From IMG/VR virus record IMGVR_UViG_3300012662_000008, positions 32,001 through 96,000 of that record: a DNA stretch of 64,000 nt; one strand, written 5' to 3'. The DNA is from a virus (lineage: Duplodnaviria > Caudoviricetes). Shown piece by piece: positions 26,516-37,974 of the stretch; position 1 is the first letter of the stretch; each line of letters begins with the position of its first letter. Under the pieces are notes generated by a model. That model was not told the origin of the DNA. It did not search any database and saw nothing but the letters and a program-made list of their open reading frames with translations. A program made the position numbers and the translations under genes.

Positions 26516-28372
26516 TTATAAATTTATTCTTCAGTTACTGTTTTGTTCTGCTGCCGCAATCTGTTGTCCTACAACGTTTGTTTGCGCAGGATGTGAAAAT
26601 TCAGTTTTCGGTCTATATTGACCAATTGTCATTATAACACCTTGTACTGGATCTACAATTGGAATATAAACGTTTCCGTAATAGAAACTACGCTTTAATG
26701 CACCTTTATAATTATTCACAGGATCCGCTCGTTTTGCAGGATCTGCTTTTCCATGTTGTGTATAATTGTTGTATTTGTCGGCGTAATCGGCTCCAAAATC
26801 TCGGTCTTTCTTTTCTAGGAACGGTTTGGATTGTTCTTGTATATCAAGTATTGTATCACTTGCATAAGCGGCAAACGTTGCAAAAAAAGCGGTATTTGTA
26901 CAATTGAAAGTTTTTGTGTTCTGATCATATGTAACTCCCTCAGTTTCAAGTTCTTTCAATTTATTATTTATTTCAAGATCACTTATTCCCGGATTTTCAG
27001 ATATTCATCTATTTAACTCATTAAGTGTCAATACCATATCAAAATCTGGCACAACCTGTCCATGGTCTTTTTTAGCTGGCAATGAAACTCGCATAACTTT
27101 ACTTGTTCCATCCCACACAATTTTTGATTTATCCTCTGGACTAATTCTCTGATTTCCAAAAGTAATAGATGAAGTATCGCACGCTTTTAATTGTTCGGCC
27201 TGTGGTATGAGAACTTCAAGATTGTTTGCATATAATCCCTTTCCATCCTTATCTTGCATTGGGCCCCCATTTCATGCATGTATGGTCATTCCAGCTTGAT
27301 CTGCAACTCGAGATGCAACGGGCACAATTGATGTAGTTGTTTCGGTAAGATCTCCTTTTGCAAACATGTTCGCAAGAGAATCTTGCACCATTGCGCCTTC
27401 TTTATCACTAGCCGCAGTTTTACTAAGCTTGCCATCTTTTTCAACCTGTCCTTCTCAGTCTACAGAAATAGATCTTTCAGTATTTGCAACAAGCATTGTA
27501 GCCATCATTGCTTTTGGATCATATCCCTCTGCAAAAGAAATTGCTTCAAGTTTCCTTTTCATTTTGTTTGGCAGAGTACTCATCAAGTAGTTAAGAGCAG
27601 TATATATATTTTTATCAGCAATTGTGTCCTGATTTTTAATTTTGTAAACTCCATCTGGACCCGCCTGTATAAGCTGTAATTGCTTTGTGTCAAAATCTCC
27701 TCCAATAAGATCTTGTAATCCAGATTGGATTGCATTCTGTTGTTTGTCAGAGTACCCTTCTACTGTACTTGTTTTAAACTTAGAAATAGTATCTTGCAGA
27801 TATTTTGTAATTGTATCAATGCCTACTGCGTTATTTATATCATCAATAATCTTTGTGTTATATGCAAGATCGGGTCTGCTACGCCTAAGATTTAATAACT
27901 CTGCATTTGTAAGAGGAGCAATTTTTCCTTCCTGTTCTTTTATTTTATCTGGAGTCAGTGCTTCAACTTTTCCACTATCTGTATTCATGCAATATATTCG
28001 GCCTCTATCATCAATCGCAAGATCTGCCTCTGCATTCTGCTCCGTTAAGTTTTTAACTGCTGTGTTGTAACGTTCGTAATTTGTAGTAACGGAGGATGCC
28101 ATTCTAGCTAATTGTACCAGATCACGTTGTGTAAGATTTTCTCCGTCTGGGTTAAGTCCCATTTGGAGCTTTATATCAACTGCATCTAAGAACTTGGCGA
28201 CATCAGAGTCAAGCCCTTTTTCTTTAACGAGATCGAATAATTTATCTATTGTTTTGTTTTTCTTTGAAGAATCCTCAGAAGAGGCCGTAGTTGTTTTTAC
28301 GGTCTCTTCTGCGACTCTATTTGTTGTAGGAAGGTAAGCAATACCTCCGCCTGCAAATTTCTTTATTTTCAT
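26516..28372 (-). CDS. Putative virion cargo protein, 618 aa
   Basis: ORFs 27455, 27005 and 26531 in one frame via TGA. TAA at 26516 is 1 nt from the next ATG. Starts MKIKKFAGGG. Confidence 0.8.
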
Positions 28373-28375
28373 ATA

Positions 28376-31300
28376 TTATTTCATTAATTTCATCAGCATT
28401 TTATGCAGATTGTTGCTCGCTTGTAAGACAGCACGTTTTGCTGCTTTATCACCTTGTAAGACAAGCCTATCGTTAACGTCGAGTTTTTGCTTCTTTGATA
28501 CAGTTTTTTCTACTTTTCCTCCGGATTTATATCTAACGATTGGTCCATATATAGTCGAGTAGTAATTATTTTGCAAGCCAAGCCTCTTATTTCTGTATCT
28601 ATCTGTAGCGGCTCTAACGCCATTGCCCTCTTTAATTTTATTATATCTATTAAGTCGATTTGCATCAGCAGCAACCCAAGATTCAAAAGACATGCTCCCT
28701 TTATTTGGGTCATTTTCGTATTCGCCTCGCAACCCAGCAAACTCCATTTTAATAGCATCATTGTACTCGTTCTCTGCATCTTGCAGATCGGACTCGTATT
28801 GTGATTGTGCCTTTTTATTCTGCAGATCACGCGCATTCTGTCTAAACTGCTTGCTATAAGTATTTCAAACCTGTGCCCACTTTTCATTTCTTTCAGCAGC
28901 ATCAGCCTCTTTAAGAGATGCGGCCACCTGTGCAGATAATGCTCTATTTGCATCTGCAACTTCTGCATCTTGTGAAGCTTGCGCATTTGCTCTTTGTACT
29001 TCAGTTGCGTTAAACTGGTTGATTGCTTGTGTTTTCTGCTCTCCTGCGCGTTCATGTATATCAGAAATTGCTTTTGCTCTCTGAAGTTCTCCAGCCATAT
29101 TTTCTCTGTTATCAGAAGAATTGAACTGTACCTGCCTGTAAGGCTCAACTGCTTCATTTACTTGTCTATCAATTGGGGAGACATCAAAACGAGTTCCTTG
29201 TATTCTTGGTGATGTCTTCGTTGCAAGTCCAGCCAATTTAATCGCTTCTCTCTTGTCGTCATAAGCCTTTCCAATTGCCGTAGATTGTACTATTGCAGAC
29301 GTCAAGTCCATCATTCCCGGAATATTAAACTTTGGCTTTTTTCCTCTTTCATGTATATTTTCACCACCGTCTTGGAATTTCGGTATTTCACCACCTTGTT
29401 TGAATTTGATTCCTTTTCCTCGCATAAAATTACCAATTTCTCCAGTAGTACTATTATTCAATAAGTAGGTTGTTCCTGTATATAATGGCGTGCCTTTTCC
29501 ATACCATTGTGCAATAATTCGGCGTATTGCGTTCGCGGCCGCCTCTGGATGTTCTTGCATAAACTTTTTTGCTTCAGGCTGTGCGAATATGTTCTCAAGA
29601 CTATAACGAGCCGAGCTTGCGTCCGCTGGGTAGCTGGATGCTTGGCGGGCAATCAGGTCGTTTCTAAAATCAATCAATCTTTTAGCAGATAAACGACTGT
29701 CTGGAACAACTGGCGCTGGAGTTGTTGCTGCTGGAGTAACCGGTGTAACCATCCTATATCCACGTGGCCCAAAAGCATTTGCAGTCAGAGGGCCTAATCA
29801 ACGTCTCCTATCCTGTACTGGCGCGTTACCAAAAGTAGCATTTGTGAAAACTTGCGGATTGTTAACTGTCATCCTAGAAATAGCTTGTGCGGTGTCACGA
29901 GCGCGTAACCAATCAAACAAGTTCATAGAGCTAGTTTCACTGTTTGGATTGTATTGTCTAGTTCTAACTGCTTTATTTGCAGCATTTATTTCCTCTGCAG
30001 AAAGCCCAGAAACAACTCTAGCAAGATTTTCGTCACGCATTCAAACTTTTTTCGGATTCAGCATTTCGCTCCATATCGATGTGTTTTCTGGTAATTTAAG
30101 GCTGTCTCCTAACTCGAAACGAGCATCACCAGCTTCGCGACTTCAATTTAAAAATCCATTTCTTTTCCAGTGTTTCTTTCCAGCCGTCTCTTTAAGACCA
30201 AGAGCGTCAAAAACATCCTGTGCTGCTTTATCAAGAGCTTCTCCATCAAGAGCACTATTTTGCTCTTTTACCATGTCCTTGATTTTGCTAAGAGCCTCTT
30301 TCTTTGTTTTTGTTTTATCAAGAGTTTCAAGTATTTCCCCAGTCTTTTTATCAAAAAGGACGTCTCCTACCTTTCCATTTTTAATTGCCTTTGCATCTTT
30401 TGCAGCAGTTTGTGCTGTATCTGCAAGATTTGTAATTGCACGAGCGTCTTTAATTCCCTGTCTAACAACGGCTCCACCACCAGTAGCAGCAGAAAGTCCA
30501 TTAAAAAGATCAGTAAGATCATTGGAGGTAAGTTTGCTTCACTCTCCCTTAACGATTTTATCAAGAGCTGCTTGTGCGTTTGCAAGACCAGCAGCGCCAA
30601 GAACAGGAGTGGCGAAACGCATTGCTTTTCCAAGTAACGGAGCAATCTTTTGGAGTCCTTTTCCAACTTTGAAAATCTTTGCAGCGGCACCAGCAATAGG
30701 AGCTGCTGTAAGTGCGTCCATCGCATAATTTGCAATTGCACGACCCCAGTAATTCCCAACGTCACGACCCTCTTTTTGTGCCAATCGATCGGCCCGTAAT
30801 TGAGCTGTTGTAGCAAGAGCTCCAGTTACTGCGCCGGCAGTAGAGGCGCCCGGGATAAGAGATACGATTGTTCCTCCTAAGTCAGTGATAGCAGCGCCAA
30901 TCCTAAGTTTTTCAGATTCTGTAAGACCCTCATCCATAGTGTGCGCTTTGGAAATATCGTGTTTAAGATCACTAGTTTTTGTAATTTTTGCCTCAGCCAC
31001 CGGACCAGCGAAAGCCCCTCCAGTTTGGAGCTTTTGGAGCCTATTTCAATCAATTTTTCCTCCTTGTTTTTTAAACGCTAGTCCAGAAATAGCCTCCCGG
31101 CCACGCGATTCTGGATTGTTTGCTCTTGTTTGTGGATCTACCCTGCGCTTTCCAAACTGACTCAATTGCCCATTAAAATCAATATTTCAGATTCCATTTT
31201 TAATATTTTCGAGTATATAATCTTTCCAACTCTGATCTATATCATATCCTTTGGCTCCTTGCGCATTCGGATCATAATTTGTTATAATGCTATATCTTCC

Positions 31301-33121
31301 AGTAGTTGGATTATACATCAATGCGTTATTTTGCCTTGCTTTTCCAGGAGCTTGTGTAGTAAACTCTTTGTAAGGAGCATAACCATTCGCATCTATTTCA
31401 CCTCAATCAATTGGTGTAGCAGTTTGATAGGCTGCTTGTTTTCTAGCACTAGCGTACGCGTCTAGGTTGTTCAGCTTTGTAACAGCACCATTATCAAACA
31501 TCATATAACGTATAATTGGCTCACCATAATTTGTTTGCCCATCCGTATAAGCGAATAATTTCTTTCCTGCGCCTAAGTTATATTCACCAGTTATGTCTTT
31601 TACTCCCTTTCCTGCCAATCCGTTTTTTTTTCTAAACTCACTATCATATTCTCTTGCATAAACGCTTTCTGGGTCGTACATGGTATAACCACCATAGTAC
31701 TTATTATCCTTTCCTGCTCAAATTCTATCACCCTGAAAACGAACTCCAGAGGCGTTCATATTGTCGTAAGTAGTATTTCAATTTGCCCCATTTGCACTAG
31801 CAGTTAAGAATGGACGAAATATCGTACCTAATGCATCATCTGCAGCAACTTCATCCCTAGTGTATAAACGACCTTTGTGATAAAATCCATTTTCGTATTG
31901 TGTGCCTTTAAAAAGATTATTTCCAAAAAGTGCCCAATCTACATCTCCATTACCAAAAATCCCTCCAGTAAGAGTATATTCACCATTCTCACCTTTTGTA
32001 AAAGTAAGCCCAGCCTTTTTATAAGCATCGGCATTTCCTTTAAAAGCATCCGGAGTCCAGTATTCTTTTGTAGTGCTACCTGTGCCAGAACTACTTCCAG
32101 ATTCTGTACCTGTTGCATCTGGCTCATATCCAAACAATTTAAGAATTCGTTTGTCATTATCCTTTACTTCCTCTCCAGCAGCAAGTCTATTTTCAAGATC
32201 AATTAGATAATTATTAAAACCCTCGGTTCCATTAAAATTATCTTTTAATGCACGGATGTAGTCAAAATTTCATTTATCGACATCATTATAATTGTCTTTA
32301 TTAAAATCATCAGCCCATATCGCACCAACAGCATCACGCATTGTATCGTACATTTGTTGGTTGGACTGCGCTCCTTTATTATATATCGATTTTCCATCTT
32401 TGTCTTTATCATAGCTAAACCACCCGCTTCCACGTAAGAGTGATTTCTTTACTGGGCCGAGTTCTTTTTCAGGAGCATCTGGCGTAATTTCACCAGATAT
32501 AAGAGTATTATAACTATCAAGATCTGCGTCTTTTTGTGTAGAAAAAGTAGCTGCCCAATTTCTGGCGAAACGACTTTTTGGAAGTGTTTTTGGAGTTATA
32601 ATTGAATGCGTGATATCGTTCCCATCTTTATCAAAAAACCAAACTTTATTTCCTGCAACACGAATTCCGCCGCCATTATTTATTGCATTTAATGCATCAG
32701 TTTGTGCTCTTTTATTAGAAGAGTTCCTAAACCTTTTATTTATTTCCTGTATTGCTCTAGCGCCGGTAACACGAACTCCATTTAACTCAAAAAAGCCATT
32801 GTTTACCAATGCCGATTCAGCAGGATCTGCTGGAGCTGCACTTGTAGTAGATGCAGGCTTAGTAGCAGGAGTGGTTGTTACAACGGACTTAGCGCTAGAT
32901 GTTCCTGTAGTTGTTGTACTAGGTGCGGCTCCTGTTTTTGTGTCAGTTGTACTAGACTGGGCCGGAGTAACTTGAGTTTTGTTTTCTTCACTAGCGGCAG
33001 CCTTCTTTTTTGCCTCTTCTTCCAGTCGCTTCTTTTTTTGTTCCTCTGTTTCATTTTTAGGCAGAGGGCCTGGAGCATTCTGGTATTTCTTTATTTGACT
33101 TCTATATATTACTTGTGACAT
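28376..33121 (-). CDS. Putative virion cargo/ejection protein, 1581 aa, with Gly/Ala-rich hydrophobic segment
   Basis: ORFs 32270, 31778, 31403, 30539, 29798, 28865 and 28376 in one frame via TGA. Low-complexity T/A/S N-terminus and repeated K-x-x-x-GG motifs. Confidence 0.8.
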
Positions 33122-33136
33122 ATATTATCATTTATT

Positions 33137-33172
33137 AAAAAAGGAGGAGCAGTTTTTATTCCACCCCTCCTT
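33137..33172 (-). terminator. Intrinsic terminator after the small Gln-rich gene
   Basis: aaggaggggtg...ctgctcctcctt followed by a T-run on the minus strand. Confidence 0.55.
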
Positions 33173-33189
33173 ATAAAAGAAATCTTTAT

Positions 33190-33504
33190 TTACTTTCTAA
33201 TCTTAGCTCCACCGCAGGCCTTCTTATAGATCTTGCCTCCCTTGCGCTGGAAACCTACTTCTTGTGGTTGTGCACCAACTTCCTGTGCTGCTCCCTGGAG
33301 CATTTCCATAATAATCTGAGCGAGCATTGCTGCTGCATCTGGACCCATCTCCTGGATAATTTGTTGTGCTACTTGTGAGAGTTGTTGCATCATCTGTTCA
33401 TCACTTTGTGCTTGCTGCACCTCTTGTGCTGGAGCTCCCTGTGCCTCTGCTGGTACAGGCCCACCCTGTTGCATGTACTTTACATCAAATTTCTTAATTT
33501 TCAT
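33190..33504 (-). CDS. Small Gln/Ala-rich protein, 104 aa, probably an internal virion protein
   Basis: Intact ORF with three GG motifs (YMQQGG, FQRKGGKI, KACGGAK) and the same MKIKKF start as 26516..28372. Confidence 0.75.
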   Translation of the reverse strand: MKIKKFDVKYMQQGGPVPAEAQGAPAQEVQQAQSDEQMMQQLSQVAQQIIQEMGPDAAAMLAQIIMEMLQGAAQEVGAQPQEVGFQRKGGKIYKKACGGAKIRK

Positions 33505-34438
33505 TTTCTATAAGTGTTTTTATATTTTTAAAAAAACTTGCCTCATCATATTCGTCGTATTTTATAATATATAAAGTACAATTATGTTCTGCAAGTAAAT
33601 CTTTCTTCTTATTATCCAATAACTTTCTTTTTTCAAATTCTATTTCTCCGCCAAAAAATTCAACTGGTTCATAATGTTGTCTTCCGTTATATTCAATTGC
33701 AAGATTCAATCTTGGATTAAAGATATCCACTCTTTGAAAGCCCAACCAAGTCGTTGTATATTCCCAAATCCACGGTTCATTTGGAAATTGTTCTTTTAGT
33801 TTTTCAAAAATTTTTTGTTGCATTTTTCAGTTTTTACAAAATGGACAACCACCTCCGCATATATGATTATGTGGTTTTTGCGAAAAGTCACCGTGGGTCT
33901 TGCATGTTATTATAACTGGTGTTTCCTTATCAGTATACTCTACTTTATCGTAGCTATAAAGGTTTCCATGTATCTCCCTCGCCTTTATTATAAATTCCTC
34001 TGTTGTAAAAGGCTTTGATTTCCCACAACAAATTGGACATCCATGACCACGAAGATGGTTCGTAAGCCGTTGTCTATATTTATAGTTATGTTTTTTACAC
34101 ACAATCATTATACAATCTTGCATATGTTCAGTTCCATCTATTTTATAGATGTACTTATCATTATGGATTTTAGCAAATTGATTTAACAATTTTTCTTTTC
34201 GGGCTTCCGCGTTTGGGTTTCAGATTCTCTTTGGAAGAACTTTATTTTCTAAAGCACATTTTGGACAGTTTTGTCCTTGTAAATGAGCGCCGGCTCGTTG
34301 AATAAAATCTCCATGTGTTTTGCATGTTATTATTACTTTATTTCTTTGCCCAGAGTAAATAGTCTTACTATAGTCGTATCTGTCCTTGTGAATTTCTCTA
34401 CATTTTTCTATAAATTTTTCTTGTGTTAATTTTCTCAT
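33494..34438 (-). CDS. Free-standing endonuclease with DUF723-like CxxH..CPxC repeats and C-terminal Vsr/PD-(D/E)XK-like domain, 314 aa
   Basis: ORFs 34220, 33827 and 33494 join via TGA. Three repeats of YS...ITCKTHGDF.Q...H..G..CP.C type and VDIFNPRLNLAIEYNGRQHY. Confidence 0.8.
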
Positions 34439-34458
34439 AGATCATATTACTTTTGTGG

Positions 34459-34490
34459 CAAAAGTAATAAAATAATTCGATATATGCAAA
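34459..34490 (-). promoter_or_regulatory. Bacteroidetes-type promoter for the endonuclease gene
   Basis: TTTG-N20-TACTTTTG on the minus strand, 20 nt upstream of ATG 34438. Confidence 0.7.
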
Positions 34491-34501
34491 TATATTTTGT
34501 G

Positions 34502-34532
34502 TTTGCTTTTTAAAAATATTATCTTATCTTTG
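34502..34532 (+). promoter_or_regulatory. Divergent Bacteroidetes-type promoter on the + strand
   Basis: tttg 34502-34505, 19-nt spacer, tatctttg 34525-34532. Confidence 0.6.
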
Positions 34533-34537
34533 TATTG

Positions 34538-34634
34538 CAATAAAATAATAAAAGAGCGTGACCGCTGCTACGGCAAACGACGTTAAACATTTTTAAGTAT
34601 TGCTAGCCCTTGCTGTTATAGCGGGGCTTTTTTA
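34538..34634 (+). ncRNA. Candidate small RNA (~95 nt)
   Basis: Lies between a consensus + strand promoter and a + strand terminator (agcccttgct-gttat-agcggggct-tttttatt). Only a 12-codon GTG frame inside. Confidence 0.4.
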
Positions 34635-35366
34635 TTATAGTTTGTATTCCTTTTCTATAACTCTATTTCTATTCAGAGCAGCTTCTCTTTCCAATGCAGC
34701 AATCCGCCGTTTCAAATCCTCATTTTCAGACTTAATTTCCTCTATATCAGACGTGTTTTTAACTACTTGCTGTGTAACAGCTTTTGCCCACAAAGCGGCT
34801 TGTTGCAGTCCAGCTAAATTGAAATTTTTTTGTATAACTGGCAGACCGGACTCATCTTTCTTTTCGGTAGCTTGCTCTTCCAAAAATCCGTGCTCGATAA
34901 GCCAAGTGTTATATTTCTTAATCGATTGTGTTGTTCACCCCGTTCTTCGGGATAGTTCTGTGTTTGTAAACGAGCATTTCCCCACTCCAGTATCTTTTCC
35001 GTATAAAAAAGGCTGTATGTCCATATAATATTCTTTTATATTCAATGGCATATCTAGTCTTAAAAAAGCTTCTGTGAACATTTCAAATTGTTTGTCCCAG
35101 TCACTTCTCGGGAAATAATAATGGTTTTTTCTGCCATCATTCGATTTTTGTACAACTCCAACTTCAATTAATCTTCCAATTGCTAGTTTTATTTTTCCTG
35201 TACTACACTGCAATAATTCAGCAATTGTCGAAACGGCGGGGAAACATTCTCTTGTATCTTCATTCATGTACGTTCTAATTGCGGCATAAATAATTTTATC
35301 GCCATGCTCTAAAGTGTGCGCTAATTTCATTGAGTCTAATATTCGTGGAACTTCAGTGTGTTGCAT
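34635..35366 (-). CDS. Tandem winged-HTH (replication-initiator-like) protein with C-terminal coiled coil, 243 aa
   Basis: ORFs 34935 and 34635 join via TGA. DKIIYAAI...CFPAVSTIAELLQCS...AIGRLIEVG and a second HTH FTNTELSRRTGW...YNTWLIEHGFL. Confidence 0.8.
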
Positions 35367-35410
35367 TTTTTCAAAAAATTTTTATAAATTCATTAATCTT
35401 TTCTATAATG

Positions 35411-35442
35411 CAAATATAATATAAAAATTTTTAATATGCAAT
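35411..35442 (-). promoter_or_regulatory. Bacteroidetes-type promoter for the wHTH gene
   Basis: ATTG-N20-TATATTTG on the minus strand. Confidence 0.6.
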
Positions 35443-35466
35443 ACTAAAAACATAAAAAAGTGCTGT

Positions 35467-35618
35467 AATAAAATGACCACATCACGTAATAAATTGACCA
35501 TATCGCGAAATAAAATGACCAGATAAAAAAATAAAATGACCACATCAAGAAATAAATTGACCACTAACTATACTTAATATACTTAATATACCTAATATAC
35601 CTATGAACTATACCTAAG
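35467..35618. repeat. Five 21-bp-period iteron-like repeats plus AT-rich TATAC(T/C)TAA repeats
   Basis: aataaa(a/t)tgacca at 35467, 35488, 35509, 35530 and 35551, then actaactatacttaatatacttaatatacctaatatacct. Confidence 0.85.
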
Positions 35619-35620
35619 CA

Positions 35621-35962
35621 TTATCTGCGGTTAAAAGCTGGAAATAGCATATTTTCACGAAGTTTGTCCATTTCTATGTTTATCCGCTTTCACGCTTCTG
35701 GAGAAATTGTTTGCCCACCAAGTAGGTAGCCTGCCGTTGTTTTGTCGTGATTATATCCAGTGTGTGGAGAATATATAGTATCTCGTTGTGGAGATATTAA
35801 TGTAGTGTCTGCGGCTGCCGATCCTCCAACATATAAACTCCCTGGATAAAATACAATCTGGCGTTGTGTTCCGTCTGGAAACGTTTCTATTCTAGTTTGA
35901 GCTAATACATCGTTAGTTCCAGGCAATTCTGTTTCTTTTGTTCTTGTTTTATAAACTCCCAT
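35621..35962 (-). CDS. Hypothetical protein, 113 aa
   Basis: ORF 35690..35962 extends through TGA to TAA at 35621. Confidence 0.65.
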
Positions 35963-35968
35963 AATTTT

Positions 35969-36574
35969 TTAATTTTTAGCTTTTACATACTCGGCTTTTC
36001 TATGATTTTGGGCATCTATCTCTTTAAAAACATATCTACCCAACGCCTTGTAATCTACATCACTCTTACTTTGAAATGCTTTTTCTGCCTTTCCAATAAT
36101 TATGCGGCTTGACTTTCTTGACATAATTCTTTCCCCACCTTCTAATATAGCCTGTGGTTGCCCATCCGAACCAATAACATACATTGTGTTCGGTTCTAAT
36201 TCTATGTCAGATTCTTCTTCCGCGTAATCATCATCGCTATCTATTTCAAGTACATCACCGGGTTCCACATCACTACCAGCATTTAACTCGACGACATACT
36301 TCACATTATCTTCAGAAATGAAATCCTCGTTATTTGGTTCGCCCTTTTTAACAGAGATAACTTCTTTATCTTCTCCGAAAAATATAATATCTAGTTCGAG
36401 GTCACAATCTTTCATTCAGAAATCAACGTGTTGTGGTTCGTCATAAAAGAAAATGCATCCCTCATCATTATCCATCTCCTCTACATTTTGTAAGCCTTGT
36501 GCTCGCTCCTCTTCAGTACGGGCAGCGAGCACTTTGTACGGCTTCTTTTCTATTTTTATATTAATCGTCTCCAT
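35969..36574 (-). CDS. DUF192 (UPF0127)-family domain fused to a C-terminal module, 201 aa
   Basis: METINIK...ARTEEERAQGL...EGCIFFY...F-W(TGA)-MKDCDLELDIIFF...YVVELNAG matches the DUF192 pattern including FWMK. Confidence 0.8.
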
Positions 36575-37973
36575 CTAAAAATTCTCCAGTATTATCATCG
36601 GTATTGCACATAATCTCACGAGCAAGTAACTTGCCAGCACGTATCATTGCTTTTTCAGAACCGTCTTTCATTAACTCCTCTATCTTATCTGTAAGCTTCT
36701 TTCGAAAAATAATTTCCGCTGACTCGATCTCTGCAAGTTGCTGATAGTCAACACCTTGCGAATCTGTAGCAATAACTGGTATGCCTTTTTCGGTCACTTT
36801 ATCCATGTCTGGATTTGCCTCTTCAAGATGATTCTTATGGGCATGTAAGGCACCTTCTGGTATCACATTAGTATCTATGCCAGGTAACTTTTCAGACTCG
36901 TCAGACGCCTTTTCTACCCCCTTTTTGGGCATGTTTGAGCGCGCTTCTAGGATTACTGCAATCATATGCTTATCTGGCAATTCCATTCCATGCCTAGCAA
37001 GAGCTGTTGCGCCACTATTGCCGGAGTATCTATTTTGGTTTTGTGCATTAAGTTCCTGCGAGTAAGTATTTTCTTTTGCAAGTGTGTTTGTGCGACTAAT
37101 ATTCGTTAACAACTTATTTCGTTCATTAGCCTCATCTATCTTTGCTTGCATTTTATTTTGCGCCCTACGTAAGAACCATGCCATTCCAGTACCACCAACA
37201 GCCGCAGCTGCGTCCATTTGTTTAAGAGACCCAGAAAATGCATTTCGTACATTTTCTGTATCTTGAGAAATTTCTGCATTTGTCAATTTTTTGGTTGCAA
37301 TATTTCCGAAACCAGCTGAGCCAGGTAAGGAACTAAAAACGTGTTGAACCCAGTTTGCTGCTTTAACATCACTTCCAAGTCCCAGATCTTCTATTTGTTC
37401 GTCTGTATAATCTGCAGCTCGCAATCCCGTCGCATCTGTAATTCCATCGACTGCCTTTGTTGCAAGTCCAATTGCCATCGCATATGGATTTCCAGATTTT
37501 ATTGCAGCATCAGAAATCGAATCTCTCACTTGCTTTGTAGTATCACTAGCTCCGAATCCAGCTACTCCAGATTTTTGATATAATGCATTTCCAACGGCAT
37601 TTACTGGCTCTGTTAATGCACTCATTATATCTACCCCACTAGAGCCTTTTTGAGATATATCTGCGCCATCACCTTTTGGTTTGTTTTCCTTTGCTCACTT
37701 TTTTTCCACTTTTTCATTTTGGCCCTGCGTAAGATCTGTCATAACTTTTGTTGCACTTGCAGTTTCTGGAGTTGCAACAGATGTTTCTGTAACTGGGTGT
37801 GTTGCAGTCATCATTCTTGCATGTGACCCTGCGTTATAATCCTCAAGTAATTTATTTACGTCTATAATACCAGACTCATCGGGGATATCGTACTCATTAA
37901 CATTCTTGCGTGTTTTTAGAGCTTTTACTCCGGTAAGATTCGTAGGATCTAATCAACTATTATTTTCTCACAT
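36561..37973 (-). CDS. Putative virion cargo protein, 470 aa (starts ATG-TGA)
   Basis: ORF 36561..37625 extends upstream through three TGA to ATG 37973, 1 nt from the upstream TAA. Gly/Ala-rich middle region. Confidence 0.75.
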
Positions 37974-37974
37974 A

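Noticed and set aside
35467-35563. 21-bp arrays as CRISPR arrays
   Set aside because: Units total only 21 bp with 6-13 bp cores, there are no spacer-length unique segments and no cas genes
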